From Smithellaceae bacterium (lineage in GTDB: Bacteria > Desulfobacterota > Syntrophia > Syntrophales > Smithellaceae): a DNA stretch of 64,000 nucleotides. The notes beneath the pieces are model-generated. The model was not told the DNA's origin. It worked only from the letters and a program-made list of their open reading frames with translations, and made no database searches. Where the stretch lies: positions 416,001-480,000 of the forward strand of contig CAXXVL010000001.1 of assembly GCA_963667845.2 (NCBI GenBank), in the 5' to 3' direction. Positions 19,819 through 30,575 of this stretch are shown here, one piece after another (position 1 is the first letter of the stretch; each line of letters opens with the position of its first letter). A program made the position numbers and the translations under genes.

Positions 19819-19951
19819 GGGTCAGGTCTTGAAACGTCAGTCTTTTGGTGATTGATTGATCAGCAAATACTTCGCAAAATAATATTGCTGCGAAAGAACC
19901 GCCTTTCATTTTTTACGGGATGAATCGGGTCAAGTCTTTAATCTTGACATT
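19819..19951. repeat. two GGGTCA(G/A)GTCTT junction motifs
   Basis: GGGTCAGGTCTTGA (19819-19832) and GGGTCAAGTCTTTAATCTTGACATT (19927-19951). Related GGGGGCAGGTTTTGAAAT at 13358. Confidence 0.45.
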
Positions 19952-20100
19952 ACATCGCAACATTACCATTGTCATCGACGAAACATTCGAATAAACCGCA
20001 GTTGCACCGGCGTGCAACTGCCTCCGCTCTAAAATCCTGGATTCCGGCCTCCGTAACCTGAAGGTCACAAGACCGGAATGACGAGTACTCATTGTTCCCT

Positions 20101-22659
20101 TCACCCGTTCCGGCCTTTTGTCTTTCTTGTCGGGACGGCGTTCCAGGGGTCGTCGGGCCAGGGGTGCTTCGGGTAGCGGCCTTTCAGCTCTTTTTTCACT
20201 TGAGGGTAGACGGTGTTCCAGAATTGGCTCAGGTCCCGGGTGATCTGAACGGGCCTGCGGGCGGGCGAGAGAAGTTGGAGAAGCAATTTGACCCGGCCGG
20301 AGGCGATGGCCGGGGTGTCGGCGAGCCCGAACATCTCCTGGAGCTTGACGGCCAGGACCGGGATTTCTCCGGAAGCATAATCAATTGCGATGTTGGAGCC
20401 GCTGGGTACGGCGATGGTGACGGGGGCGCGCTCGGCAAGAAGGCGCCGCTGCTCCCACGTGAGTTTCCCGGTGAGCGCGGGCCCGATGCTCAGGGCGGCA
20501 AGCTGAGCTTCGCTGCGGACGCCGGAGAGCCAGGGCAAAAGCCAGTCTTGGGGCGCCGCAATAAGCGTTTCTTCTGACAGGTCCGGCCAGTCTTCTTCGG
20601 GGAAGGTTTCTTTCATCAGCCGCACGCGGGCCTGAAACGTCCGGGCCTCCCGGCTGAAAGTGATCTTGACCGCCTTGGACCGGATAGCTTCGCAGAGGAG
20701 CAAAACGACTTCCTCCTCCTGCGGCTTTACCGGTCTGGCCGAAAGGATAATCGTCCCCACACGTTCTTCAAGGGTAGCGACAATACGACCTTCCAGTTTA
20801 TCCCAAACGACGCGCCGCCGGGTTTCGATTTGTTCACCCAATGCCTCACGGATGAGCTCCTCCGTCAGAGGTTCGGCCATATGCACCGTGCCTTCCGCCT
20901 TTTCGCCCTTATCCACCACGGGAGCAATGATGTAAGGGCTTCCGGCCGCGAGAATCTTTGCGGAGAGCCTGACCCCTCGGCCCTGCCGCAAGACATAACG
21001 GCTGCCGTCGTCTTCGCGCCGCTTCGCGATGCGGTCGGGAAAGGCGACCAAAAGCAGCCGCGGGATCATGCGGCTTGCTGCATCGCCTGCGGCTTCGCGA
21101 GTTTTGCCCATCAGACGCCGGAGCTGCTGTGATGTCGTATCCACCGCACGCAATGCCCACGGGTCGGCCTTGCCGGAGGGTCTCTTGTCGAGCCGCCATT
21201 GCCGCAGAAGCCCGAGACGATCGCTGAGATCGAACCCGCCTGCCGGTTGCGCGGATGCGGACCGATGTCGGATGATGTCCCGCTCGGACAGGAGCGCCGC
21301 CAGATCCGCACCCAGTGACGGGCAGTGAAGCTCGGCCGCTTTTAAAAGCAGGCGACCGAGGCGCGGATGAAGCGGCAGGCGCGCCATGGAAACACCAACA
21401 GGCGTAATCGAACCTTTGGTATCCAGCGCGCCCAATTCTTTTAGCAGTTCCTGAGCGGCACGCCAGGCAGCATTCGGCGGGGGATCGAGCCAGGAAAGCG
21501 AGCCCGGGTCTTTCACACCCCAGGCAGCCAGATCCAGGACCAGCGACGATAGATCGGAAATGGCGATTTCCGGCGGGGCAAAGGGAATCAGCGATTGGAA
21601 TGTATGAGCGCTGTAGAGCCGATAGCAAACGCCGGGGTACTGGCGGCCCGCACGGCCCTGGCGCTGCCTCGCTGCGGCCTGTGAAACGGTAACAGTGATC
21701 AGGCGGTTCATGCCTGTTCCCGGATCGTACTCCCGCCTCCGGGTCAGTCCGCTGTCAATCACGACACGGACGCCGTGAATGGTCAGGCTGGTCTCCGCGA
21801 TGTTCGTGGCGAGGACAATCTTTCGGGCAGCCGAAGGAAGAATCGCCCGTTCCTGCTCTTCAAAGGGCAAATCGCCGTATAGGGGATGGAGCGATATATC
21901 TCCCATTGTCCGGTCAGGAAGCGCTTCGGCAAGGGCATCGCTTACGGCGCGGATTTCGCCGGCCCCCGGCAGAAAGACGAGGATGTCGCCTTCCGTCTCG
22001 CCGAGTGCCCTTTGGACAACATCGGTCATGCGCGCCGTAATGTTTTTATCCGGGTTGTCGCCGCAGTAGCGTTCCTCCACCGGGTAGGCTTTGCCTAGCG
22101 ATGAAATGACGGCTGCCCCGTCCAGAAGGGCGCCGACCGGCCCGCCGTCGAGGGTGGCGGACATCATGAGGATCTTCAGATCTTCCCGCAGGCCGCTGCG
22201 GATATCGAGGCAAAGAGCAAGCGCCAGGTCCGCCTGAAGGCTCCGTTCATGGAATTCGTCAAAAATAACCATGGCGACGCCGGCAAGATCAGGATTGGCC
22301 AGGATGCGCCGCGTCAGAATCCCCTCCGTCATCACTTCAATGCGGGTGCCGGGCGAGACCCGGGAGTCAAACCGGATGGAATACCCCAGTGTCTGGCCGA
22401 TCTCCTCGCCCAGGGTTTTCGCCATCCACCGCGCAGCGGAGACCGCGGCAATCCTCCGGGGCTCCAGCATGAGGATGCGTCCTTTTTCAGGTTCGATGAC
22501 ATCGAGGAGCGCGAGAGGAACGCGAGTCGTCTTGCCGGAACCGGGCGGGGCCTGAAGGACAACGGAGGAATGCTCACGGATGGCCGCGCGCAGCTCCGGG
22601 AGAATGTGATCGATGGGGTAGGACGTCAAAATTGGCCCGCTCTTGATATTATTCGGCAT
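20101..22659 (-). CDS. hrpB: ATP-dependent RNA helicase HrpB
   Basis: APPGSGKTT, DEFHERS, MSAT, LATNIAETSLTI, QRQGRAGR, C-terminal 'ELKGRYPKHPWPDDP'. Confidence 0.96.
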   Translation of the reverse strand: MPNNIKSGPILTSYPIDHILPELRAAIREHSSVVLQAPPGSGKTTRVPLALLDVIEPEKGRILMLEPRRIAAVSAARWMAKTLGEEIGQTLGYSIRFDSRVSPGTRIEVMTEGILTRRILANPDLAGVAMVIFDEFHERSLQADLALALCLDIRSGLREDLKILMMSATLDGGPVGALLDGAAVISSLGKAYPVEERYCGDNPDKNITARMTDVVQRALGETEGDILVFLPGAGEIRAVSDALAEALPDRTMGDISLHPLYGDLPFEEQERAILPSAARKIVLATNIAETSLTIHGVRVVIDSGLTRRREYDPGTGMNRLITVTVSQAAARQRQGRAGRQYPGVCYRLYSAHTFQSLIPFAPPEIAISDLSSLVLDLAAWGVKDPGSLSWLDPPPNAAWRAAQELLKELGALDTKGSITPVGVSMARLPLHPRLGRLLLKAAELHCPSLGADLAALLSERDIIRHRSASAQPAGGFDLSDRLGLLRQWRLDKRPSGKADPWALRAVDTTSQQLRRLMGKTREAAGDAASRMIPRLLLVAFPDRIAKRREDDGSRYVLRQGRGVRLSAKILAAGSPYIIAPVVDKGEKAEGTVHMAEPLTEELIREALGEQIETRRRVVWDKLEGRIVATLEERVGTIILSARPVKPQEEEVVLLLCEAIRSKAVKITFSREARTFQARVRLMKETFPEEDWPDLSEETLIAAPQDWLLPWLSGVRSEAQLAALSIGPALTGKLTWEQRRLLAERAPVTIAVPSGSNIAIDYASGEIPVLAVKLQEMFGLADTPAIASGRVKLLLQLLSPARRPVQITRDLSQFWNTVYPQVKKELKGRYPKHPWPDDPWNAVPTRKTKGRNG

Positions 22660-22665
22660 GCCGGA

Positions 22666-22694
22666 AGTATAGAAGGGGCAGCCGTCCGTGTCAA
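22666..22694 (-). promoter_or_regulatory. sigma-70 promoter giving a probably leaderless hrpB mRNA
   Basis: TTGACA-N17-TATACT-N6-ATG, with no SD sequence. Confidence 0.75.
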
Positions 22695-22740
22695 CAGGAT
22701 CATGATTCAGGTGCCGGGGGCAGCCAGCCGCAAAATCCCG

Positions 22741-22768
22741 TTGACAATGCCTTGAAATCTCCTAGAAT
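22741..22768 (+). promoter_or_regulatory. divergent sigma-70 promoter
   Basis: TTGACA-N16-TAGAAT. Confidence 0.6.
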
Positions 22769-22805
22769 GAAACAACAGGGAATGGTTGGGGACGATTCTA
22801 TTTTA

Positions 22806-22857
22806 AATGCCGCTCACGCGGGACGAGCGTCAATTCTCCGTAACTTGCTGCGAGGTG
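22806..22857 (+). repeat. double-hairpin dispersed repeat, internally deleted copy
   Basis: CCGCTCACGCGGGACGAGCG...AATTCTC...CTTGCTGCGAGGTG. Confidence 0.8.
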
Positions 22858-22997
22858 ATTGATTCTGCCGGCAGGCGTATAAGAGAGGATTGTTTCCTTT
22901 GCGGCAAAGAATGTGCAGGGGGTCTTGAGGGTTTTTCCGGAAAGACCATACAGCAAGAAAATCGGGTATGGGCAGTTTAATCTGCCGGGAGGTGGTC

Positions 22998-23309
22998 ATG
23001 AAAAAATTGCGGTTCGTTTTAGCTCTGGGCTTAGCGGTTGGGCTCGCGGGATGTGCCATGCTGGTTCCCATGGGCAGCGTGTATACGGGCGTGAAATTAC
23101 CCATGATGGCAACGGGCAACAGTAGCGCGTCGACCAAGACAGGAGAGGCAACATGCGTAAGCGTGCTGGCTGTGGTTGCCGTGGGCGACTGCAGCATCGA
23201 AGCTGCCATGAAAAACGGCGGCATCACGAAAGTGAACCATGTTGATTGGGATGTCCGAAACATTCTGGGAATCTACGGAACCTACAAAGTGATCGTTTCC
23301 GGTGAATAG
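22998..23309 (+). CDS. TRL-like family lipoprotein
   Basis: Lipobox LAGC; 'KTGEATCVSVLAVVAVGDCSIEAAMKNGGITKVNHVD'. Confidence 0.85.
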   Translation: MKKLRFVLALGLAVGLAGCAMLVPMGSVYTGVKLPMMATGNSSASTKTGEATCVSVLAVVAVGDCSIEAAMKNGGITKVNHVDWDVRNILGIYGTYKVIVSGE

Positions 23310-23401
23310 CCGGTCCCGATCGGAACGATAAAACCTAAATCACGGCACACGGATTCCAGGACGGGGTGCGATGCGTCATTAATAACTGCGGAGGCGGAGA
23401 T

Positions 23402-24904
23402 ATGAACATTTCGGAACTTCTTACTAACAGCGTCGCACAGGGAGAACAGGTCAGCATTATTTACGAAGGCCAGGAGTTAACCAACGTACAGATTGACCGG
23501 GCCGCAAAAAAACTGGGGAATGCGCTTTTGAAGCTGGGCGTGAAACGCGGCGACCGGGTCATCATGCAGATGCCTAACTGTCCGGAGATCTTCCAGGCCT
23601 TTCAGGCCATCTGGAAGATCGGCGCGGTGAGCGTCCCCATTAATTATCAGGTGGGGGTGGAGGAGACCAGCTACATCTATCAGGATTCGGAAGCCTCAAC
23701 GGTCATCACATCTCCGGAATATCTGGAAAAGGTCCGCGAGGCAAAAGTCAATGCCCCGTCGATCAAAAACATCATTGTTGTCTCGGATCAAGCCTTCGCC
23801 GGCACTTACTCATATGCCGGGCTCCTGGCGGAGAGTTCCGACCAGCTGGACATGGTGAAGACGGACGACGATGAACTGGCCGCCCTGGTTTATACATCAG
23901 GCACCACGGGCAAGCCGAAAGGCGCGATGCACACCCATTACGGGCTTTACTACTCGGTGGTCCACATTCAGAAAACCACCCACTACCCCGTGGACATGAT
24001 CAGCGTGGCCGTGCTTCCGCTCTGTCATTCCTACGGCATTGCCTGCATGAACGGGCAATTTCTGCGCACCAAGAGCAAGACGGTTGTCCTGCGCCAGTTT
24101 AACCTGGAAAAATTATTTTCCGCCATCGACAAGTACAAGGTCCAGTACCTGCCCGCTGTGCCCACCATGTATGTCTACATGCTGCAATACCCCGACTACA
24201 AGAGATACGATATCAGCTCCATCCGGTATTTCATCTGCGGTTCGGCGCCGCTGTCCATCGAGGTCTGGAAACAATTCAAGGAAAAATTCGGCGGGGAAAT
24301 ATGCGAAGGCTGGGGCCTGACGGAAGCCGCCGCCAATAACTCAGTCAATCCCGTGGACGGCCTGAAAAAAGTCGGATCGATCGGCCTTCCCATGGTGGGC
24401 ATGGAAATAAAAATCTTCGACAACGACGGCCGCGAGGTGCCCCGGGGACAGGAAGGCGAAATCGTCATCCGCGGGCCGATGGTGATGAAGGGCTACTGGC
24501 GCCAGCCCGAAGCCACAACGGAAATGATTCGCAACGGTTGGCTGCATACGGGCGATATCGGGTATGTGGACGCCGACGGCTACTTCTTCATCACCGACCG
24601 GAAGAAGGATATTATCATCAAGGGCGGAGAAAACATTTCGCCGCGGGCGATCGAGGAGGTCCTCTATGCCCACCCCGCCGTGGCCGAGGCCGCGGTGATC
24701 GGCATGAAAGATCCTGTGTACGGCGAAGAGGTCAAGGCGTTCGTGGCGTTGAAACCCGGGCAGAAGGCGACAGCGGATGAAATCAAGGAATTCTGCGGCC
24801 AGAAGCTGAAGCGGTTTTTTGTTCCCAAAGAGGTGGCCGTCCTTCCGGCACTGCCCAAATCGCTGGTCGGCAAAATCCTTAAAAAGGAACTGCGCAAATT
24901 GTGA
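23402..24904 (+). CDS. long-chain fatty-acid-CoA ligase (AMP-binding)
   Basis: YTSGTTGKPKG, EGWGLTE, WLHTGDIG, DRKKDIIIKGGENI, LPKSLVGKI. Confidence 0.93.
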   Translation: MNISELLTNSVAQGEQVSIIYEGQELTNVQIDRAAKKLGNALLKLGVKRGDRVIMQMPNCPEIFQAFQAIWKIGAVSVPINYQVGVEETSYIYQDSEASTVITSPEYLEKVREAKVNAPSIKNIIVVSDQAFAGTYSYAGLLAESSDQLDMVKTDDDELAALVYTSGTTGKPKGAMHTHYGLYYSVVHIQKTTHYPVDMISVAVLPLCHSYGIACMNGQFLRTKSKTVVLRQFNLEKLFSAIDKYKVQYLPAVPTMYVYMLQYPDYKRYDISSIRYFICGSAPLSIEVWKQFKEKFGGEICEGWGLTEAAANNSVNPVDGLKKVGSIGLPMVGMEIKIFDNDGREVPRGQEGEIVIRGPMVMKGYWRQPEATTEMIRNGWLHTGDIGYVDADGYFFITDRKKDIIIKGGENISPRAIEEVLYAHPAVAEAAVIGMKDPVYGEEVKAFVALKPGQKATADEIKEFCGQKLKRFFVPKEVAVLPALPKSLVGKILKKELRKL

Positions 24905-25085
24905 GGAAAAAAAATCGCCCTTAGAATTGTAAGTCGACATGGCGGTTTGCGCCGATTTACAGGCTCGTGGCGTGTCTTTCACTCTAATGTTTTGCGCCTT
25001 TCATGCCGACAGAGACGGTGGCGCTTCAATGCAAAATTGACTCAAATTTTTTTGTCGCTATCGCTTTGGTCAAGAGGAGAAGATC

Positions 25086-26336
25086 ATGGAATTGCTCATC
25101 GAATGTGTTGTCAAGTTGGTTACATATATTATTGCGGCAGCAATTGTTGCCGGTATTCTTAGATATTTTTTCGGGAAAACGCTGGTCGTCAAATTATTTA
25201 TCATGCTGGTGCCCGGGATCATCCTGGTCATCCTGGCGGGATACATTGCCGGCCGGATGGTGGGCACCGACGCCCTATGGCCAAAATTTATTGTCGTGGC
25301 TGGAATGCTGGTGATGGTCGTCAACTTCGTTGTCGTGGGGAAAAGGTTGATTGCGCAAATCCAGCAGATTGCCGACGAGATCCATGAATCGACCATTGAA
25401 ATCAATGTCGCGGCAACCCGTGTGTCCGGTGCGACGTTGTCTTTGGCGGAAGCGGCATCCTCGCAGGCGTCGGCCATCGAGGAGACGTCTTCATCGCTGG
25501 AAGAGATGTCCGCAATGACAAAAGGAAATGCCGATAACGCCAACCAGGCCGATGGTCTTATGAAACAGACCAATCAAATCATTAACAAGGCCAACACCTC
25601 CATGGACGAGCTGACACGGTCGATGGGAGAAATATCCGGAGCCAGTTTGCAGACATCCAAGATCATCAAGACCATAGACGAGATTGCTTTTCAAACCAAT
25701 CTGCTGGCTTTGAATGCCGCCGTGGAAGCGGCGCGGGCAGGAGAGGCCGGCGCCGGTTTTGCCGTGGTTGCAGATGAGGTTCGGAATCTTGCGATGCGGT
25801 CGGCCGAGGCCGCGAAAAACACATCAGGCCTGATAGAGGGTACGGTAAAAAAGATAAAGGATGGCTCTGATCTGGTCGTCAAGACAAGCGAAGCATTCGC
25901 CGAGGTGGCAGTCAGTATCTCCAAGGTAGGTGAACTGGTCAGTGAGATTTCCGCCGCATCCCGGGAGCAGTCCCAGGGGATCCATCAGATCGACAAGGCT
26001 GTCGCCGATCTTGACAGGGTCACCCAGGAGAATGCCGCGACGGCTGAAGGGTCCGCCAGCTCCGCCGAGGAGTTGACCGCTCAATCGACGCAGATGAAAG
26101 GGATTGTCAGACGACTGGTCATGATTATCCAGGGCCAGGCCGAGGAGACGAAGGAATTTTCATCACTGTCCCGGACGCGGGTGCCGCCGCGGGCCGCCGC
26201 CGCCATAGCCCCCAGGGCTTCCGTTAAAATCTTACCCGCCGTTACAAAAAAGAAAACGCCCGGCCCGGTTTTGCCCCGTAAAAAGCGATCGGAAGAGATT
26301 ATTCCCTTTGAGCAAGATGAGTTCAGGGATTTCTAG
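25086..26336 (+). CDS. methyl-accepting chemotaxis protein
   Basis: [38 protein letters not shown]-terminal TM helices; C-terminal pentapeptide EFRDF. Confidence 0.95.
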   Translation: MELLIECVVKLVTYIIAAAIVAGILRYFFGKTLVVKLFIMLVPGIILVILAGYIAGRMVGTDALWPKFIVVAGMLVMVVNFVVVGKRLIAQIQQIADEIHESTIEINVAATRVSGATLSLAEAASSQASAIEETSSSLEEMSAMTKGNADNANQADGLMKQTNQIINKANTSMDELTRSMGEISGASLQTSKIIKTIDEIAFQTNLLALNAAVEAARAGEAGAGFAVVADEVRNLAMRSAEAAKNTSGLIEGTVKKIKDGSDLVVKTSEAFAEVAVSISKVGELVSEISAASREQSQGIHQIDKAVADLDRVTQENAATAEGSASSAEELTAQSTQMKGIVRRLVMIIQGQAEETKEFSSLSRTRVPPRAAAAIAPRASVKILPAVTKKKTPGPVLPRKKRSEEIIPFEQDEFRDF

Positions 26337-26383
26337 TCCATCGGAAACGAAAGAGAATTCCTGGCGAATAAGTTTTAATCAAC

Positions 26384-26471
26384 CACCTCGCGGGAAGCTC
26401 GCGAGGTAGGAAATGAATGCCATTATTTCGCAGCAAGCTGCGGAGAACGCTCGTCCCGCGTGAGCGGGATT
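26384..26471 (-). repeat. double-hairpin dispersed repeat copy
   Basis: Reverse complement aligns to 39908-39999. Confidence 0.85.
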
Positions 26472-27012
26472 AAGTCCAGGTGAGACGCATTGACGTCTCG
26501 GGATGTCCTTCCCAGCTTTTGGTTAAGAACGTGAATTTAATATTTTTTGCTCCGCATAATTCCAGCCCTTGTTCCAACCATCCCTGAATAAAGTAATGGA
26601 GCGGGATGCACCGTGTGTTGAAGTCTATCAATTTGAATAGAACCTGGTTCGTTCCCTCCACAGTGGCTTCCACCCTTCCCAAATCGTAGAAGCGCTTGTG
26701 AACCATCCCGTATGTATTGACAAACTTAATCGGATCCTGCCCGTCTACAAAAGAGGCATAAATACCGGTCATGGCAGTTTTGCATTCTTCCCGGCCCCAA
26801 CTTTTGGCGACATCGGGGTTACTTTTTGCCGTAACTTCAAAAACGGCGGTGATGCAATTTTCATAGGTTTCAAAGGGATACCAACCGCCGGGCAAAATCT
26901 TGTTGCCGAGCAGCGCGCGGTCTTTATCTGTCAGATATTTATTGAAAGCACCGCTCTTGTCATGTTTGATCGCCTTTACCAGACTAATAAAAATAGAGCC
27001 TTTTACATTCAT
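26470..27012 (-). CDS. DUF2378/TIGR02265-like protein
   Basis: 'VKGSIF...ILPGGWYPFE...WGRE...QGWLEQGLELCGAKN' pattern. Confidence 0.6.
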   Translation of the reverse strand: MNVKGSIFISLVKAIKHDKSGAFNKYLTDKDRALLGNKILPGGWYPFETYENCITAVFEVTAKSNPDVAKSWGREECKTAMTGIYASFVDGQDPIKFVNTYGMVHKRFYDLGRVEATVEGTNQVLFKLIDFNTRCIPLHYFIQGWLEQGLELCGAKNIKFTFLTKSWEGHPETSMRLTWT

Positions 27013-27259
27013 GATCTGTACTCCCGAAGTTTATTATTTGAGGCTGTCTGCATCAGGTTTCCGGATACGCTTTCTTCTTAAACATAAAATGTTAGATGCT
27101 CGATAATATATTAGAATGATCTTTAAATCAAGAATAAGGAGCTCGATATTATTGACGATTAAATTTTACAGCGAGGGGTGAGGACGGCTTCAACATATTT
27201 AAGTATCAGTGAGCGGGTGCTGCCCTCGTGATTTTCGGCCCGCCCTTCTCCTTCCCGGT

Positions 27260-28780
27260 CTATGGACTTAAACTCAATTCAGTCAGGTAGCCCCCGTGGG
27301 AGAGATAATAGATCACGCCGTCAAAACCGGGTGTGATGGGAAGCCCTGCGCCCTGAGGGATGGCGGGGCTTCTGGCCAGTTCTTTTCCCGTTTGGGCATC
27401 GCGCCAGACAACCCGGACGGTGGTGAGAGACGGAAAGTTACCGTCTTCAAGAACAAAAGTTCTGTTCTCCTTCGGGCCCTTGAGGGCGCTGAAGCTCAGC
27501 GACCGCTGTTTGACTTTCCAGGCCGCGGAAAAACCTTTTTCAGGATCAAAATTAACGGCTGCCAGACGGCCTTCCAGAAAGTCGCAGGTATAAATCCGCT
27601 TGTTCGCCACATCGACGGTCGGAAGGCTCCATTGCAGAGAACCCGGCAATATCCGATCTCCGGCAAAAGGCTCTATACGAAATATTCTGGAGGCGTCCGC
27701 CTGGGAAACGGCGGTGAGCGATATTAAACCCGCGGCAATCTGAAAATTGGTCTGAACAACAACGTAATCTCCAAAAACAGCGGGCGCCGTCGCCGGCTTT
27801 TGCCCTTCCGGGCAGTAAGGGACTGGACCCCATCCCGCATCGAGGATCAGCGATTGACCGCGATACCGGTAGCGGAAGAGATTTTTGAATCCGGAGACGT
27901 AAATATATTCCTTTTGACGGTATAGGCCCGCTGTGATGCGCCCCAGTACCGGTTCCTTTACTTCTATGGACGAAACCCGCCTGAGGGCTACGGGCTCCAG
28001 CACGGAAATGGTTGAGGGCACGCTGTCGTCAAAATGAAACAGCAATGCGTTGATGGAATCGGCCCGGGACCCTTTTTTCCTGGTGAGGGACTTGACGATC
28101 AGGCTTCCGTCCGAAAGGATGCTGAAGCCGTTATAAGCGGTATCGCCGGACTCCCGTCCGGCAGGCGTCGGCAATTTTACTTTTTTGAGAATTTGACCTG
28201 ACTGCGGATCAAGCTTTGCCATCGTGTAGCCGTTCACAACATAGACAAAGCCGTTTGCGTGAATACCGATGGCCCCCGGATAATCCCAGTCTCCGTTTGT
28301 TTTAGCGTTATGGATCCGGGTTCGCCACAAAACTTTCAAGGTAAAGGCATCAAGCTTGGCGACATAGGGACCGGTTGCGCATTTTTCGCCGTCGGCTTCA
28401 CACTGATCGGTGGATTGTGTGCCTCCAAGGACGAAAAGCTCACCGCGATTTCTGGTGACGACGTTATAAATGCCGGGCAGCCCCCCGATGGTTCTGGCCT
28501 TAACGGTCATCGGGCCGGATGGGGCGATTTCATTCACGGTGCATGTGTCGGGGAAGGTATGGGTTCTATCCGAATCAAATGCTTCACAGGGCGCGACCGT
28601 GCGATACCACGCACCATCCGTCGGTCCAGGCTTGAGCGCTGAAGATCGGAGGCATCTGTCTGTTTGGTGCCATGCTTCTCCGGTATTGATGTTTTCGACG
28701 TTTCTGTTTACATCGTGGATGATATATAAGACCGGAACGGCAATGACGATTATCAATATAATGATTACGGCTCGTTTCAT
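27260..28780 (-). CDS. membrane-anchored exported protein, probable beta-propeller
   Basis: N-terminal TM anchor; repeated 'KLD..T/SG..LW'-type blades. Confidence 0.65.
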   Translation of the reverse strand: MKRAVIIILIIVIAVPVLYIIHDVNRNVENINTGEAWHQTDRCLRSSALKPGPTDGAWYRTVAPCEAFDSDRTHTFPDTCTVNEIAPSGPMTVKARTIGGLPGIYNVVTRNRGELFVLGGTQSTDQCEADGEKCATGPYVAKLDAFTLKVLWRTRIHNAKTNGDWDYPGAIGIHANGFVYVVNGYTMAKLDPQSGQILKKVKLPTPAGRESGDTAYNGFSILSDGSLIVKSLTRKKGSRADSINALLFHFDDSVPSTISVLEPVALRRVSSIEVKEPVLGRITAGLYRQKEYIYVSGFKNLFRYRYRGQSLILDAGWGPVPYCPEGQKPATAPAVFGDYVVVQTNFQIAAGLISLTAVSQADASRIFRIEPFAGDRILPGSLQWSLPTVDVANKRIYTCDFLEGRLAAVNFDPEKGFSAAWKVKQRSLSFSALKGPKENRTFVLEDGNFPSLTTVRVVWRDAQTGKELARSPAIPQGAGLPITPGFDGVIYYLSHGGYLTELSLSP

Positions 28781-29147
28781 GGTAGATCCTTCCTCGCTGC
28801 CGGAAGAGAAGCTGATACTCATTCACTTTCACAAGAATACAGGCTGCGGCGCCCACAGAATTCCAAGGTGATCAAACTGACCGCGGCACGCGAATCGTCA
28901 ACTGACCGGCAGGAAAAGGGACGTTTTACAGGATGACGATATGCGCTTCCCCGTCAGTGACAACGAGCTCATTTGCCGGACAGACGCGCAATTGTCTTGT
29001 ATCACGCCGCGGGTGAGAAAATCCATATCAACTATAAAGTAATCAGTTGGAATCTTCCGGACGTCTTTACAGGTCATCGTCTTTCTCTTTGAAAAGAACA
29101 TTTTCCATCAGCCGCCGGATCGAGACGCTGACATGACCGTTTGTTCA

Positions 29148-29176
29148 TTGACAGGGAGAGATGGCTTGATTATAGT
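29148..29176 (+). promoter_or_regulatory. sigma-70 promoter of mgsA
   Basis: TTGACA-N17-TATAGT. Confidence 0.75.
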
Positions 29177-29228
29177 GTCTCCAGGCAAAGGAACGAAAGT
29201 CTCTGCCGATCACATTTAAGGAGTCACG

Positions 29229-29594
29229 ATGAAGACGATAGCGATAATCGCGCATGACGGGAAAAAGGCGGAGATGGTTGCCTTCATCAAGGACCATCTG
29301 GAAACCCTCAAAAGATATAAAATAGTCGCCACCGGTTCCACCGGCGGTTATATAGAAAAAGCGGGTCTGGAAGTTGAAAAGAAACTCTCCGGGCCTCTGG
29401 GCGGCGATGCCCAGATCGCTTCCGATGTTGTTGAAGGGAAAATTCACGCGGTAATTTTCCTTCGCGACCCTTTGGGAACGCACCCGCATGATCCCGACAT
29501 TTTTATGCTGCTGCGGATATGCGATGTTCATAATATTCCGTTGGCAACCAATACCGCCTCCGCGTATTTGATCATCAAGTCTTTAGAAGAGTGA
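29229..29594 (+). CDS. mgsA: methylglyoxal synthase
   Basis: IAHDGKK, ATGSTG, SGPLGGDAQI, RDPL..HPHDPDI..LLRICDVHNIPLATN. Confidence 0.96.
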   Translation: MKTIAIIAHDGKKAEMVAFIKDHLETLKRYKIVATGSTGGYIEKAGLEVEKKLSGPLGGDAQIASDVVEGKIHAVIFLRDPLGTHPHDPDIFMLLRICDVHNIPLATNTASAYLIIKSLEE

Positions 29595-29730
29595 TTCTGC
29601 CGGTATGTTGACCGTTTTTATATGCCAGGCGGGCAATCAGGACGGCGTTTGAATTTCCGAACACGCAGGGGGCATGTAAGTAAAACGATTCCCGGCGCGA
29701 TCCGATCCTCCGGCGAAGGATGTTCCAGTA

Positions 29731-30444
29731 GTGAAGACATTGCATTTTACATCGATCTGTTTATCTTTGGTCCTTTTCCTTCTGTTGCCGAACCCGGGCC
29801 ATGCCGCCGGGATTTCTCCGGAAGAATCCGACCGGATCATCAAAGGAATGTACAGCAGGTATATTCCGATCTACTTGAAATACCGCGGCGTGGAATCGAC
29901 CAGCAAAAACATCAGCCGCGAATATGATGCCAGGACCAATGCCCTGAAAAGCACCACGGAAGTCACGCTGCACAGAAAAGACTATTTCTATGAGGATCCG
30001 GAAGTTAAGGCATTGTCCTTCCGAAAAGACGGCAGAGACAGAGACCCGTCCGATTACCGTTCGCGGGATTCAAAACCGGGTTATCTTGTCTTTGACCGAA
30101 AAGGCGCCGAGCATTACACGTTAAAAATTGTCGACAGGAAAGTGATCGGCAAAAGGGAATGCTACCGGATCGTCGTTACACCGAAAAAGGCAACGGCGAG
30201 GCATTTCAAGGGAGAGATCTACTGTGCGGTCGATACGCTGGATGTTGTGCATACGGCCGGTGGGGCGGGGGATCTGGAATTTCCGATCAAGCATTTCTGG
30301 GCGGCATTCGACTTTACGCAGGTCAACAAAGTCCCCGTGGTGCAATCCGGTACGATAAAAATTCAGGTGGATGTTCCGGTTGTCTACCCCGATACTTTGA
30401 TCGTAACCGATATCGACATTGTTGAATCCCGACTTATCGAGTAG
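29731..30444 (+). CDS. exported hypothetical protein (possible LolA-like fold)
   Basis: Signal peptide ending GHA; beta-rich 'GKRECYRIVVTPK...FKGEIY'. Confidence 0.65.
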   Translation: MKTLHFTSICLSLVLFLLLPNPGHAAGISPEESDRIIKGMYSRYIPIYLKYRGVESTSKNISREYDARTNALKSTTEVTLHRKDYFYEDPEVKALSFRKDGRDRDPSDYRSRDSKPGYLVFDRKGAEHYTLKIVDRKVIGKRECYRIVVTPKKATARHFKGEIYCAVDTLDVVHTAGGAGDLEFPIKHFWAAFDFTQVNKVPVVQSGTIKIQVDVPVVYPDTLIVTDIDIVESRLIE

Positions 30445-30575
30445 TCGATACGATGCGGTGCTCAAATCCCCGGGGCACCGCTTGAGAAAGGGCTTTCGTC
30501 TCGGAAGAGAAAGAGCGTGCATTTGAAGATCGAACCCATGACGATATCATTATACAAAAAGGAAGGATCACAACG

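Noticed and set aside
28898..29101. 67-aa ORF upstream of mgsA
   Set aside because: No recognisable motif. Possibly decayed sequence.
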